Below are positions 39,192-50,000 of a stretch of 64,000 bases of DNA, in pieces. This stretch comes from Gammaproteobacteria bacterium (GTDB lineage: Bacteria > Pseudomonadota > Gammaproteobacteria > PS1 > Pseudothioglobaceae). Below the pieces are notes generated by a model, which saw only the letters and a list, made by a program, of their open reading frames with translations, was not told where the DNA came from and made no database searches. The stretch's first letter is position 1. Each line of letters opens with the position of its first letter. Both the position numbers and the translations under genes were made by a program. The stretch lies in the NCBI GenBank assembly GCA_030611725.1, contig JAUWPG010000001.1:12323-76322 (forward strand), read 5' to 3'.

Positions 39192-41495
39192 TTGAAAAAT
39201 AACACTCAATCCAAACTTAAAAAACGCACCTCTCAGCCTCGCTCTCGAGCGATGAATGAAGTTTTGTTTATTGTCTTAATCACATTAAGTCTTGTTTATC
39301 TATTAGCACTCTTTACACACTCCCCCCTAGAAAACCCCTACTCTAGTTCTGACATACTAAGCACACCTGTACTTAATCAATCAGGTACTGTTGGTGCTTA
39401 TTTGAGTGATTTTTCATTATCGATATTGGGCTATTCTGCTTATTTGATTCCGCTTTCACTGATTTGGCTAGGATGGTGTATCCATAAGAATACAGGGCAG
39501 CAGTCCACCAGTCGCACTGTGTTCATAATTCGTTTTTTTGCCTTTATTGTGCTCTTATTATTTACTTCAGCACTTTTGAGTATCGACACACCTGACCCAC
39601 TTGATGGAGGTGGGCCAATCGCTGGTGGTTATGTTGGTTACTTGATGCATCTCTATTTTGGAACATTGCTTGGTTCGGCGGCATCTCTTATTTATTTTAG
39701 TATGATGATGATTAGCTTCAGCGTTGCCAGCACTGCCTCATGGATAAATATCTTTACTTCTACTGGCGGCATGCTTAATACATTATTAGAAAAACTTAGA
39801 AACTCTCGTAAAAAAGTTAAAACTCGTAAAGCGGTTAAAATGGTGATTACCCCCAAGCAAACCAGTGCACCAAAACCGAATGTGTTGGCCAAAATTAAAT
39901 CAGCCAAAATCAAGCCCGGTAAAAAAATCGCACCAGCTTCTTCTAACCTGTTTAACACTAAGGCGCTCAGCGGCTTACCTGATTTATCACTACTTGATGA
40001 AATCAATGTAAATACCAATGGTTATTCTGAGCAAGCACTTGAGAATATGTCACGCCAAGTTGAGATTAAGCTTAAAGACTTTGGTTTTGACGTCAGTATT
40101 ACCACCGTTACTCCAGGACCAGTGGTTACCCAGTTTGAAATTTCACTAGCACGAGGTGTTAAAGTTTCACAGATTATGAACCTGAATAAAGACTTGGCCC
40201 GTGCACTACTGGTAGAAAGTGTACGTATTGTTGATGTTATTCCTGGGAAGCCGGTGATTGGACTAGAGATTCCTAATGCCGAACGTGAAATGATTAGCTT
40301 GAAAGAAATTCTCGCCTCTGAAGCCTTTGCCAAATCAAGCTCTATGCTTAGTATGGGACTAGGAAAAGACATTAACGGCTTGCCTGTCATTGCCAATTTG
40401 GCGAAAATGCCACACCTGCTCGTTGCTGGTGCTACTGGTATGGGCAAATCAGTTGGTATTAATGCCATTATTTTAAGTGTGCTCTATAAGGCCAGTCCGG
40501 ATGAAGTACGCATGATCATGATTGACCCAAAAATTGTTGAACTTGCTTGCTATGCCGATATCCCACACTTACTGACACCTGTTGTCACTGACATGAACCA
40601 AGCTGCCAGTGCGCTCTGGTGGTGTGTAAATGAAATGGAACGTCGTTATTCTTTACTGGCTAAATTTGGCGTTCGTAATATCGATGGTTTTAACGACAAA
40701 CTCAAAAAAGCCAAAGACAAAGGCAGTCCATTGCTAGACCCCTCCTTTAACGAAAATATTGCTGAAGAAGGTGAGACTGCTCCTGAACTAGAGGCGTTAC
40801 CACTAATTATGCTGGTGATTGATGAATATGCCGATATGCTTGGTGCTCTTGCCCAAGAAGACCGAGCTAAAGCCAAACGAGTTGAAGCCTTAATTGTACG
40901 TCTAGCTCAAAAAGCCCGTGCTGCCGGCATTCACTTAATTATCGCTACACAGCGTCCAAGCGTAGACGTTATTACTGGCTTGATTAAATCCAACGTGCCA
41001 ACTCGTATTGCTTTTAAAGTATCTTCGAAAGTAGACTCGCGTACCATTCTTGACCAAGGTGGCGCAGAACAGTTGCTCGGCATGGGTGATATGCTTTATA
41101 TGACGCCAGGAATTTCACACCTAACTCGCGTACATGGTGCCTTTGTAGATGATGGTGAAATTGAGCGTGTGGTTGAATTTTTACGCAAAAACTCAGAAAC
41201 CAATTACCTTGACGGCATTCTTAATGTCCAACGAGAATCAGCCGACACGCCTGGGGGGACTAGCAGTTCTTCCGGCCCTTCTGGGGAGCTTGATCCTTTA
41301 TATGATGAAGCCGTTCAAATTATCACTTCATCACGTCGTGCATCCATCTCTAGCTTACAACGACGTATGCGTATTGGTTATAACCGTGCCGCGCGTATTA
41401 TCGAAGATATGGAGGCCAGTGGCGTAGTTTCAACCATGAACAGCGCTGGTAATCGCCAAGTGCTTGCACCAGAGCCAATTAACCATGATGAATAA
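39192..41495 (+). CDS. ftsK: DNA translocase FtsK
   Basis: 767 aa. N-terminal TM helices, Walker A GATGMGKSV, C-terminal gamma winged-helix domain. Exact start uncertain (TTG at 39192 or ATG at 39252). Confidence 0.93.
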   Translation: MKNNTQSKLKKRTSQPRSRAMNEVLFIVLITLSLVYLLALFTHSPLENPYSSSDILSTPVLNQSGTVGAYLSDFSLSILGYSAYLIPLSLIWLGWCIHKNTGQQSTSRTVFIIRFFAFIVLLLFTSALLSIDTPDPLDGGGPIAGGYVGYLMHLYFGTLLGSAASLIYFSMMMISFSVASTASWINIFTSTGGMLNTLLEKLRNSRKKVKTRKAVKMVITPKQTSAPKPNVLAKIKSAKIKPGKKIAPASSNLFNTKALSGLPDLSLLDEINVNTNGYSEQALENMSRQVEIKLKDFGFDVSITTVTPGPVVTQFEISLARGVKVSQIMNLNKDLARALLVESVRIVDVIPGKPVIGLEIPNAEREMISLKEILASEAFAKSSSMLSMGLGKDINGLPVIANLAKMPHLLVAGATGMGKSVGINAIILSVLYKASPDEVRMIMIDPKIVELACYADIPHLLTPVVTDMNQAASALWWCVNEMERRYSLLAKFGVRNIDGFNDKLKKAKDKGSPLLDPSFNENIAEEGETAPELEALPLIMLVIDEYADMLGALAQEDRAKAKRVEALIVRLAQKARAAGIHLIIATQRPSVDVITGLIKSNVPTRIAFKVSSKVDSRTILDQGGAEQLLGMGDMLYMTPGISHLTRVHGAFVDDGEIERVVEFLRKNSETNYLDGILNVQRESADTPGGTSSSSGPSGELDPLYDEAVQIITSSRRASISSLQRRMRIGYNRAARIIEDMEASGVVSTMNSAGNRQVLAPEPINHDE

Positions 41496-42081
41496 ATGGG
41501 CCGCCTTATTGGTTTTGTTTTGGATTAATACTGCAACAAGCGCAAACAGCAACCAGTTTGATATTTTTTTCAACGGATTAGAGTCACTAAATGCTAACTT
41601 CAATCAAACAACTTATAGTGATACTAGAGTTCTGCTAAACAATGCTTCTGGTCGTTTTACATTCAAGCGCCCCAAACAATTGCGCTGGCATACAACAAAA
41701 CCAAATGAACACATTCTGTTGCTTAACAGCAATGAATTGTGGTTAATCGACGTCGAACTTGAACAGGCCATCTTACAAAAAAACCAGGACCTATCTCAAA
41801 CACCTTTATATTGGTTAATCAATAAACCCAGCTCGATGATACACACACCAAAATTCTCTCATCGCAAAAACAGCATAGACTGGTATCAAACTGATAAGCA
41901 TTTGACTCAATATCAACAGTTATTATTTGGTTTTAAAAACACAAAATTATATGCAATCTCTCTCAAGAACGCATTGGGACAAACTGCTTTAATTGTATTT
42001 GATAAAGTCGTGATCAATGCCGAGATAAAACCGAAAACTTTTACGTTGAATCTAGGGCCAGAATTCGATATTATTCAATAA
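41485..42081 (+). CDS. lolA: Outer-membrane lipoprotein carrier protein LolA
   Basis: Signal peptide MMNKWAALLVLFWINTATSA. Conserved ftsK-lolA synteny. The ATG at 41485 overlaps the ftsK stop. Confidence 0.7.
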   Translation: MMNKWAALLVLFWINTATSANSNQFDIFFNGLESLNANFNQTTYSDTRVLLNNASGRFTFKRPKQLRWHTTKPNEHILLLNSNELWLIDVELEQAILQKNQDLSQTPLYWLINKPSSMIHTPKFSHRKNSIDWYQTDKHLTQYQQLLFGFKNTKLYAISLKNALGQTALIVFDKVVINAEIKPKTFTLNLGPEFDIIQ

Positions 42082-42190
42082 GCAACCTCTCTTTTATAGC
42101 AAGATCTCAAGTTTATAGGATGGGGCGGCTAAATTGAACGATTTTAGGGTGAAGAACAACCTGGTTACGACACCACGACGACACACATAA

Positions 42191-42226
42191 AAAAAGGCTC
42201 ATAGTGTGATCACTACAAACCTTTTT
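42191..42226. terminator. Bidirectional hairpin between lolA and tRNA-Thr
   Basis: aaaaagg..tagtg-tgat-cacta..ccttttt, with A and T tracts on both sides. Confidence 0.4.
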
Positions 42227-42231
42227 AAATA

Positions 42232-42307
42232 TGGTGCCGAAGGCCGGACTCGAACTGGCGACCTACTGATTACAAATCAGTTGCACTACCAACTGTGCTA
42301 CTTCGGC
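42232..42307 (-). tRNA. tRNA-Thr (TGT)
   Basis: 76 nt. GCCGAAG acceptor stem, anticodon stem ACTGA/TCAGT with loop TTTGTAA, GGTTCGAGTCC-like T-arm, CCA. Confidence 0.85.
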
Positions 42308-42561
42308 AATAGTTGGAAATTATACCTAGAAAGAAAACAAACTCCTTGAATAAATCGTGAATTTTTAAGTGTCACTATTCACCATATATTGAATAAATAA
42401 ATATTATGATTACGAACTATTTCATTGTCTTCCTGTTAAGCTCATTTAAACCACCTTTCCTTACTTAATTAACAATCCTACCTTATCAGTTATTTAAATA
42501 AGGGGCGTTTCTACATAGAGCTAATCATGTCATCGAGTTAAAAATGGACTAAGGATACAAA

Positions 42562-43260
42562 TCAATTCCTACTGTTTTTTATCAACAATCTTACTGCAAT
42601 AATACTAAGCACTAAAGCCATTAAGAACCATTGTAGGGCATAGCCCAAATGTTTATCAACACTGCCATAAAAGGGCCTCCACTGACGAAAAAATCCATTT
42701 TCGGCTTTAACATCAAGTTGTCCCAGCATAGAAATAAACTGATAGTCAGCCAGTATTGAGAGCTGGCCCATGTCTAAAGATTGAATAAGCTTTGGGAATG
42801 TGGTGTCAATATTTTCTTGTTTGAGTTCAATGCGCTGTTTGGTTGCAATAAGTTTCACCTTGATGGTGGTTATATTTTCACTAATATTAATATCAGCTAA
42901 TTTTTCACGATTACCATACCAAGGCACAAATCCACGATTCACCAAAATTGCTGTATTATTTTCAAGCACAAAAGGGGTTAGTACATAATAGCCGGCATTA
43001 CTATTGACAACTTGATTATCGTAAATGAATTGCTTGTTATTATCATAATGACCTTTAAGCAATACTTGATAATGCTCTTTGTCTATTAGAGCACTAGGTC
43101 GTAAGACAATTTCAGCAGGATTTGACTGCGCTAAAACAATGGCTTGTTCAATAATGCGTTTTTCATCCGCACGGTCCAACTGCCAAAACCCTAATGACAA
43201 CAAGCCCCATAGTGTGAGAGTAATTAATAATCCTGGTAGGAAAAATGAGCGCTTAATCAC
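42562..43260 (-). CDS. SURF1-family cytochrome oxidase biogenesis protein
   Basis: 232 aa. N- and C-terminal TM helices, GFWQLDR motif, cox-cluster context. Confidence 0.8.
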   Translation of the reverse strand: MIKRSFFLPGLLITLTLWGLLSLGFWQLDRADEKRIIEQAIVLAQSNPAEIVLRPSALIDKEHYQVLLKGHYDNNKQFIYDNQVVNSNAGYYVLTPFVLENNTAILVNRGFVPWYGNREKLADINISENITTIKVKLIATKQRIELKQENIDTTFPKLIQSLDMGQLSILADYQFISMLGQLDVKAENGFFRQWRPFYGSVDKHLGYALQWFLMALVLSIIAVRLLIKNSRN

Positions 43261-43499
43261 TTATCAACCGATGTTTGTACTGTTGGCGCATCTAGCATTA
43301 TTGTATTGGGCGTAATCCAGCCCATGTAACCCGCAAACATCACAAAAATAAATAACACAACTGATAATGTAATGCGCACCACTAAAGACTTAAACATTTT
43401 ATCTGAACCTTGCTTTCCGCCTTTAACCATTCCGATTAAGCCAAAACCCAGTGCGATCAAAATAGCAATGATCACAACAACAATTAATACTTCTGACAT
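43257..43499 (-). CDS. Twin-transmembrane-helix small protein (DUF2909-like)
   Basis: 80 aa with two TM helices. Typical position between coxC and SURF1. Confidence 0.6.
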   Translation of the reverse strand: MSEVLIVVVIIAILIALGFGLIGMVKGGKQGSDKMFKSLVVRITLSVVLFIFVMFAGYMGWITPNTIMLDAPTVQTSVDK

Positions 43500-43528
43500 A
43501 AATATCCTTTTTTTACTATGAAAAAAAA

Positions 43529-43545
43529 GACCCCAATAAGGGGTC
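43529..43545 (-). terminator. Hairpin gacccc-ttatt-ggggtc flanked by A8/T8 after coxC (terminator or attenuator)
   Basis: Read directly. The minus strand has T8 after the stem. Confidence 0.55.
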
Positions 43546-43570
43546 CTTTTTTTATTGTGCCTGAACTATA

Positions 43571-44491
43571 TTATAGCCAATAAACAAACACGAATAAGCC
43601 TAACCATACCACATCTACAAAGTGCCAATACCAAGCCACACCTTCAAAACCAAAATGATTGTCAGCAGTAAAATGGCCTTTTTGTACACGGTACAAAATA
43701 ACTGTTAACATAATCACACCTACCGTTACATGAAAGCCATGAAAGCCGGTTAACATATAAAAAGTAGAGCCGTAAATACCTGAAGTTAATTTCAAACCAT
43801 CTTGGTATGCATGACCATATTCCATAATTTGGAATCCTAAGAATGCAGCACCCAAAGCAATTGTTGCTACTAACCAGCCAACGATTTGATTTCGATGACC
43901 GGCACGTAGTGCATGGTGGGCAAAAGTTAGAGTCACACCTGATGCTAATAGCAATGCTGTATTTAATGCAGGCAAGCCCCACGGATCAACCACATCAGCT
44001 GGTGTTGCAGTAACAATTCCAGTGTCTGGAATAGCAGGAAAACTCATTACCGTGCCTGATTGTAATTCTGTACCTGGCGCTAAAAATGCCATTTGATGCC
44101 AAGACGCACTAAATGCATTCCAAAGGTCTGGGGTAAAGATATTATTACCTTCACCACCTAACCATGGCACTGAAAATTGTCTTGCATAGAACAGTGCACC
44201 AAAAAAGGCTGCGAAGAACATTACTTCAGAGAATATAAACCAGCTCATGCCCCATCGGAAAGAACGATCTACTTGCTTATTATAGATGCCGTTTGTGCTT
44301 TCATTAACAACCTGTCCAAACCAGCCGAACATCATAAACACCAAAATCGCAAAACCAAGCGCCATCACTGAGCCACCCCATTCTGCGCCATGCATTTGAT
44401 TAGCAAAACCAACAAATAACGTTGATACGCCGATTGAGCCAATGATTGGCCAGTAAGTACCGTGTGGTATGTAATATTCTTGTTCGCTCAT
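43571..44491 (-). CDS. coxC: Cytochrome c oxidase subunit III
   Basis: 306 aa. Heme-copper oxidase subunit III pattern (FYMLTGFHGFHV, WYWHFVDVVW). Confidence 0.92.
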   Translation of the reverse strand: MSEQEYYIPHGTYWPIIGSIGVSTLFVGFANQMHGAEWGGSVMALGFAILVFMMFGWFGQVVNESTNGIYNKQVDRSFRWGMSWFIFSEVMFFAAFFGALFYARQFSVPWLGGEGNNIFTPDLWNAFSASWHQMAFLAPGTELQSGTVMSFPAIPDTGIVTATPADVVDPWGLPALNTALLLASGVTLTFAHHALRAGHRNQIVGWLVATIALGAAFLGFQIMEYGHAYQDGLKLTSGIYGSTFYMLTGFHGFHVTVGVIMLTVILYRVQKGHFTADNHFGFEGVAWYWHFVDVVWLGLFVFVYWL

Positions 44492-44506
44492 AGTTTCTCC
44501 CTTTTT

Positions 44507-45028
44507 TTAGCTGTCAAGTTCAAAAAAATTATAGGACAAGCTAATATCTTCTATACGCTTATCCAACTCTGGTTCAACCACAAATCGGAGTGTCATTTCG
44601 ACCTCTTCGTGTGGCTTGAATGCCTGTCTATTAAAACAGAAGCATTCCAACTTCTTGAAATAAAGTGCTGCATCTGTTGGTGCTACACTAGGGATCGCTT
44701 GGCCAAAAACTGTTTTATCGGTATTGTTCTTAGCAATATAACTGGTCGTATAAAACTTGCCAGGTATTACCTCCATCGAACTTACCTTTGGTCCAAACTG
44801 TACTGGAAATCCACCCATAGTCATGGCAAAAAAACTCACCTCGACTTTTCGATTCTCATCTACCACATATTGTTGCTCACTATCCACTCTACCCGTCCTA
44901 CCGTTAAACCCGGTAATCTCACAAAAAATATCGTAGATAGGTACCATTGCAAAAGCAAAGGCGAACATCAATATTGGCGCTGAGACTAGTTTAATCCAGA
45001 ACCCTTTTGTTATTTCTTTTCGTTCCAT
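44507..45028 (-). CDS. ctaG: Cytochrome c oxidase assembly protein CtaG/Cox11
   Basis: VPIYDIFCEITG copper-site motif. Start set to the ATG at 45028, directly after the stop of the upstream 34-aa ORF. Confidence 0.88.
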   Translation of the reverse strand: MERKEITKGFWIKLVSAPILMFAFAFAMVPIYDIFCEITGFNGRTGRVDSEQQYVVDENRKVEVSFFAMTMGGFPVQFGPKVSSMEVIPGKFYTTSYIAKNNTDKTVFGQAIPSVAPTDAALYFKKLECFCFNRQAFKPHEEVEMTLRFVVEPELDKRIEDISLSYNFFELDS

Positions 45029-45029
45029 A

Positions 45030-45134
45030 TTAGCTACCAGGGTTAAAGTACACAATGGTCGCTACAAATACTCCTATTGCTATAGCGCCTACAATTACCG
45101 CTGTAATTACGACGCCTTTTTTTCTATCATCCAT
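45030..45134 (-). CDS. Unannotated 34-aa single-TM ORF between coxA and ctaG (candidate cytochrome oxidase small assembly protein or subunit)
   Basis: The ATG overlaps the coxA stop (TAATG). Translation [34 protein letters not shown]. Its stop lies 1 nt before the ctaG ATG. Confidence 0.5.
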   Translation of the reverse strand: MDDRKKGVVITAVIVGAIAIGVFVATIVYFNPGS

Positions 45135-46738
45135 TAAGAATTTTGAGACTCAGCCTCAATCAATGCTCTTGACGGTGGTGTGTTAAATGAATGGTATTGA
45201 GCTTTTGGCTCTAATGTCCACTCTAATCCTTTTGCACTTTCCCAAGGACGTGACCCACATGGCTTGCCATTACGAACACAATCAATCACGATGTAAGTCA
45301 ATAAGATGAATGATGCACCGAATGCAAAACCACCTAATGAAGAAATCAAGTTGAAATCTGCAAACTGTAACGAGTAATCAGGAATACGACGTGGCATGCC
45401 CGCAAGACCTAAGAAATGCTGAGGGAAGAACAATACGTTTACTGAAATAACGGCCCACCAGAAGTGTACTTTGCCCAATGTTTCGTTATACATCCTGCCA
45501 GTCCACTTTGGCAACCAGTAGAATGTCGCCGCAATGATTGCCCACAATGCGCCTGTTACCAGTACGTAGTGAAAGTGTGCAACCACGAAGTAAGTATCAT
45601 GATACTGAATATCTGCTGGAACGATGCCTAGCATTAAGCCAGAGAAACCACCAATTGTGAATAAGAAAACAAATGAAACCGCCCATAACATTGGCGTCTC
45701 AAACGTCATTGAACCTCTCCACATAGTAGCGATCCAGTTAAAGACTTTAACACCTGTAGGGACTGCAATTAGCATTGTTGCATACATAAAGTACAGCTCA
45801 GCTGCAACCGGCATACCCGTTAGGAACATGTGATGTGCCCATACTATGTATGATAAGAATGCGATTGATGCTGTTGCATATACCATTGAAGAATACCCAA
45901 ACAACGGCTTACGCGCAAACGTTGGAATAATATGAGAAACCACACCAAATGCTGGCAGGATCATAATATAAACCTCAGGATGGCCAAAGAACCAGAAAAT
46001 ATGCTGGAACAATACTGGGTCACCACCACCGGTTGCATCAAAGAATGCTGTGCCGAAGTTGCGGTCTGTCAACATCATTGTTACTGCACCTGCCAATACT
46101 GGCATCGCACCAATTAGTAGGAACGAGGTAATTAACCATGTCCAAACAAATAATGGCATGTCCATTAATTTCATCTCAGGAGCGCGCATGTTAAGTACAG
46201 TTGCAATAATGTTAATCGCACCCATAATTGATGAGAAGCCTAGCAAGTGAACTGCAAAGATAAAGAAGTCAGTAGAATCTGGTGCAAACGTTGTTGATAA
46301 TGGCGCGTAGAACGTCCAACCAAATGCTGGTGCACCGCCTTCCATAAAGAACGTGCTTAACAAGATGGCGCCAGCGAACGGTAGAATCCAGAAAGACCAG
46401 TTGTTCATACGTGGTAACGCCATATCAGGCGCGCCAATCATCATCGGAATTAACCAATTACCCAAGCCAACAAAGGCTGGCATAATCGCACCAAACACCA
46501 TGATCAAACCATGCATGGTTGTTAACTGATTAAAGAACTGTGGTTCCATCAACTGCATACCCGGCTGTAATAATTCAGCACGAATACCCATTGCGAAGGC
46601 ACCACCCACTAATAACATAGTGAATGCAAACCACAAATATAGAGAACCAATATCTTTATGGTTCGTTGTTTTCACCCATCTCATTAAGCCTTTTTCAGGG
46701 CCGTGATGATCGTCGTGAGAAGCTGTTGCTGTTGTCAT
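45134..46738 (-). CDS. coxA: Cytochrome c oxidase subunit I
   Basis: 534 aa. [13 protein letters not shown], and 12-TM heme-copper oxidase blocks. Confidence 0.97.
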   Translation of the reverse strand: MTTATASHDDHHGPEKGLMRWVKTTNHKDIGSLYLWFAFTMLLVGGAFAMGIRAELLQPGMQLMEPQFFNQLTTMHGLIMVFGAIMPAFVGLGNWLIPMMIGAPDMALPRMNNWSFWILPFAGAILLSTFFMEGGAPAFGWTFYAPLSTTFAPDSTDFFIFAVHLLGFSSIMGAINIIATVLNMRAPEMKLMDMPLFVWTWLITSFLLIGAMPVLAGAVTMMLTDRNFGTAFFDATGGGDPVLFQHIFWFFGHPEVYIMILPAFGVVSHIIPTFARKPLFGYSSMVYATASIAFLSYIVWAHHMFLTGMPVAAELYFMYATMLIAVPTGVKVFNWIATMWRGSMTFETPMLWAVSFVFLFTIGGFSGLMLGIVPADIQYHDTYFVVAHFHYVLVTGALWAIIAATFYWLPKWTGRMYNETLGKVHFWWAVISVNVLFFPQHFLGLAGMPRRIPDYSLQFADFNLISSLGGFAFGASFILLTYIVIDCVRNGKPCGSRPWESAKGLEWTLEPKAQYHSFNTPPSRALIEAESQNS

Positions 46739-46754
46739 TATATTTCTCCTTTAA

Positions 46755-47864
46755 TTAGCGTGCAGATTTAACATCTGAAGGTTGAACAACGCTGCCTGTG
46801 TTGCCAAAGGCATTTCTTTCGTAAGTAATTACTGCTGCTAGATCACTATCACCCAACATTTTAAATAGTGGCATACCGCCCTTACCATTTATAACGATGT
46901 TCATATGATCAGCTGCTGGTCCGTTTGCTACCGGTGAGTCCTTCATTGCTGGGAATATTGGTGGCATACCTGAACCATCTGCCTTATGACAGCCTGCACA
47001 GCTAGTGTCATATACAGTCTTACCTTTTGCCATTAAATCAGCTTTGGACCATGTCTTAGTAGCATTTTCTGCTTCTGCTGCTGCTGCTGCTTGTTTCTCA
47101 GCTACCCACTCAGCATAATCTGCCTTGGACACAACATCAACTACGACTGGCATAAAGCCGTGATCTTTGCCACAAAGTTCAGCACATTGGCCACGGTAAG
47201 TACCGATTTCATCGACCTTAGCCCACGCATCATTAATAAAGCCTGGATTGGCATCTTGCTTCACACCAAATTCTGGTACCCACCAAGAGTGGATCACGTC
47301 GTTTGAAGTGATTAAAAAACGAACAGAAGTATCTACAGGCAGAACCAAATGATTATCTACTTCAAGTAAGTAATGACCGACAGCCTCACGGTCAGCGTCT
47401 GTACCTGTGGTTGCATCCTTAGAAGATTGTGCCATATTAGAAATAAAGCTAATACCCTCTTTAGGGTAATCATACTGCCATTTCCATTGATGACCTGTAA
47501 CCTTAACGGTCATTTCAGCTTTAGTCGTATCTTCTAAGTCAATCAATACTTTTGATGCTGGAACAGCCATTCCTACTAAAATAATGACTGGAATGATTGT
47601 CCAGATAATCTCTGCTTTAGTGCTCTCATGGAATTGAGCCGCTACCGCGCCCTTTGATTTTCTGTGTGCAAACACAGAATAGAACATTGCACCAAATACA
47701 ACCACCGCAACCAACACACTAATCCAAAATACCATCATGTGTAAATCATAAATATCACGACTTATAGAAGTTACACCCTCTGTCATGTTTAGGCCGTACT
47801 CAGCAAACACATTCGTTGACATCATGGCAACTAAAGCGCTTAAAAGAGTTGTTAATCTTTTCAT
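46755..47864 (-). CDS. coxB: Cytochrome c oxidase subunit II fused to a C-terminal cytochrome c domain (caa3-type)
   Basis: CuA site HSWWVPEFG...CAELCGKDHGFM and C-terminal CAGCHK heme-c motif. Start trimmed to the ATG at 47864 with a GGAGG SD. Confidence 0.93.
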   Translation of the reverse strand: MKRLTTLLSALVAMMSTNVFAEYGLNMTEGVTSISRDIYDLHMMVFWISVLVAVVVFGAMFYSVFAHRKSKGAVAAQFHESTKAEIIWTIIPVIILVGMAVPASKVLIDLEDTTKAEMTVKVTGHQWKWQYDYPKEGISFISNMAQSSKDATTGTDADREAVGHYLLEVDNHLVLPVDTSVRFLITSNDVIHSWWVPEFGVKQDANPGFINDAWAKVDEIGTYRGQCAELCGKDHGFMPVVVDVVSKADYAEWVAEKQAAAAAEAENATKTWSKADLMAKGKTVYDTSCAGCHKADGSGMPPIFPAMKDSPVANGPAADHMNIVINGKGGMPLFKMLGDSDLAAVITYERNAFGNTGSVVQPSDVKSAR

Positions 47865-48237
47865 AAATCCTCCAAATAAATAAATACCTTTCGTTTCATT
47901 AATACGAAACTGCATTAAAAAACTGATGTGAATTATACTTACTTTTTGTATTGTTTTGTTAAAAGACAATCAATTTTATTGACATAAATTAATTTCTTTA
48001 AACAAAAATGGATTATTATGACATCTGTATCTGTTATTTTGGTGGTCTGGCATTTGTGATCCCGGCATTTGTTCACTTGATTTAGTGCCACCAATAAGAT
48101 CATAATCGGTGAATCAAAATAACACCGGCCTAATTCTTAATCTATAAAGCCTCTTTATATAATATGTACAGTTTTTTTCATGCAGGACTTTGCATAAAAA
48201 AATTTATGCATTAAAATAGTGACATTATTTAATTTAG

Positions 48238-49224
48238 TTGCTCTTTATGTTTAAAAAATTACTACAAACCTCCATTATTTTAGCGTTAATCGTAGTAATT
48301 TTAGGCGCCTATACTCGTCTCAGTGATGCGGGTCTAGGTTGTCCAGATTGGCCGGGCTGTTATGGCCAGCTCGTTGTTCCAGATGTGGCTGATGGCACAA
48401 AGCTTGAAGGTTATGATCGCCCACTTGAAACTGCCAAAGGTTGGAAAGAGATGGTTCATCGCTATGCTGCCTCAATACTTGGACTGGTCATTCTAATTTT
48501 ATGGTTCTTAGTTTTAAGGGGGAGGCCACGACGTTTCCAATCCATGGCTCTGCCAAGTTTTACGGTATTGTTCGTGATATTACAAGGCGCTTTTGGTATG
48601 TGGACTGTAACGCTCATGGTTCATCCTGGCATTGTCACCACACACCTTGTTGGTGGTTTTGTGACTACCGCTCTACTCACTTGGTTATACTTAAATCAAA
48701 ACACCCAAACTTTGGCTTATCGGCATATTTTAAAACGACACAAATACTTGCTTTTTGTGACCCTGTTTGCACTTAGTCTACAAATCATTTTAGGCGGCTG
48801 GACCAGCACCAATTATGCGGCACTTTCTTGTGGTGATCAATTCCCAACCTGCCTAGACTCGTGGTGGCCAAATATGGATTTTGCTAGAGCATTATATTGG
48901 GGGCCAATTGGCACAGAATATGATTACGAATATGGTGTACTAGAAAGCCAAGCACGTGCAGCCATTCAAATGATGCATCGTATTGGTGCATTAATAATTA
49001 CCATATTAGTTATAACCCTAGTTTTTTCATTTAAAAACTATACACACATGAAAAATAACTTGCTATTAATTGGTGGGCTGTTGACAGCTCAAGTAACGCT
49101 TGGCATCTTAAACGTTGTCCTATCGTTGCCAATGTTCGTCGCTGTTTTGCATAATGTTTTCGCATTGTTACTATTGCTTAGCATTGTTGGTCTAACACAC
49201 AAAATATTTAAAACTAGCGTCTAA
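48238..49224 (+). CDS. ctaA: Heme A synthase (COX15/CtaA)
   Basis: 328 aa polytopic. GCPDWPGCYG, HR..A, His-containing TM pairs. Confidence 0.85.
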   Translation: MLFMFKKLLQTSIILALIVVILGAYTRLSDAGLGCPDWPGCYGQLVVPDVADGTKLEGYDRPLETAKGWKEMVHRYAASILGLVILILWFLVLRGRPRRFQSMALPSFTVLFVILQGAFGMWTVTLMVHPGIVTTHLVGGFVTTALLTWLYLNQNTQTLAYRHILKRHKYLLFVTLFALSLQIILGGWTSTNYAALSCGDQFPTCLDSWWPNMDFARALYWGPIGTEYDYEYGVLESQARAAIQMMHRIGALIITILVITLVFSFKNYTHMKNNLLLIGGLLTAQVTLGILNVVLSLPMFVAVLHNVFALLLLLSIVGLTHKIFKTSV

Positions 49225-49251
49225 ATCGCAAAATATAAGGAATGTCGAACA

Positions 49252-49995
49252 ATGAGCAAAACCAACAACTACGCACAATCCAAGAAAACACGTAACACTA
49301 TTATATGGGCAGGACTGGGTGTTATTGTATTGGTGTATTACTTATTCTTCCAGAACGCCAATCAGTTCAAAGACTTACAAAAACACGTGAATCCAACCGT
49401 TTCTTTGTATCCCAACCCTAAGTCATTACAAGGGATGTTCCCACTAATCGACGATAATCGTGCCACAACATCATTATCAGCAACAGCTAGCGGAAAATGG
49501 TCTGTTTTATATTTTGGTTATACCTCGTGTCCCGATGTATGCCCAATAGATTTAGCAATACTCAATCAAACACTGAGCATGATGCAGCAGCCCGACAAGC
49601 TACAAGTTATATTTATCTCGGTCGATCCGAATCGTGATATTGGCAAACTAGGGGCCTTTGTCAAGCGCTTTAATACAGACTTCATTGGGCTAAGCGCTGA
49701 AGATGAAACACTAAAAAAATTAACAAAAACGCTAGGGGTTTATCACGAGGTTGTTCAGACCAAAGAAAGAGCGTCGCAAGACCACTCTCAGCATACGCTC
49801 AAAAAAGATGATGGGGAAATGGCGATGCCGATGAAAAAAATGAAGACCGTTAAAAAGAGTAACCATTTAATTAACCACACTGCCAGTTATTTACTGCTTA
49901 ATCCTAAACTGGAGTTAACTGGGCTACTAACCAACCCACACCATGCCAAGAAAATGGCGACTGCACTTGATTTGATTATTAAAACGCTAGACTAG
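49252..49995 (+). CDS. SCO1/SenC copper chaperone with a His/Met-rich insertion
   Basis: 247 aa. WSVLYFGYTSCPDVCP, DPNRD, distal His (NHTASYLL). Insertion DHSQHTLKKDDGEMAMPMKKMK. Confidence 0.85.
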   Translation: MSKTNNYAQSKKTRNTIIWAGLGVIVLVYYLFFQNANQFKDLQKHVNPTVSLYPNPKSLQGMFPLIDDNRATTSLSATASGKWSVLYFGYTSCPDVCPIDLAILNQTLSMMQQPDKLQVIFISVDPNRDIGKLGAFVKRFNTDFIGLSAEDETLKKLTKTLGVYHEVVQTKERASQDHSQHTLKKDDGEMAMPMKKMKTVKKSNHLINHTASYLLLNPKLELTGLLTNPHHAKKMATALDLIIKTLD

Positions 49996-50000
49996 GCTAA

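Noticed and set aside
44462-44983. 173-aa plus-strand ORF
   Set aside because: It is antisense to ctaG/coxC, which are strongly supported. Its composition is Cys/Leu/Ile-rich and not protein-like.
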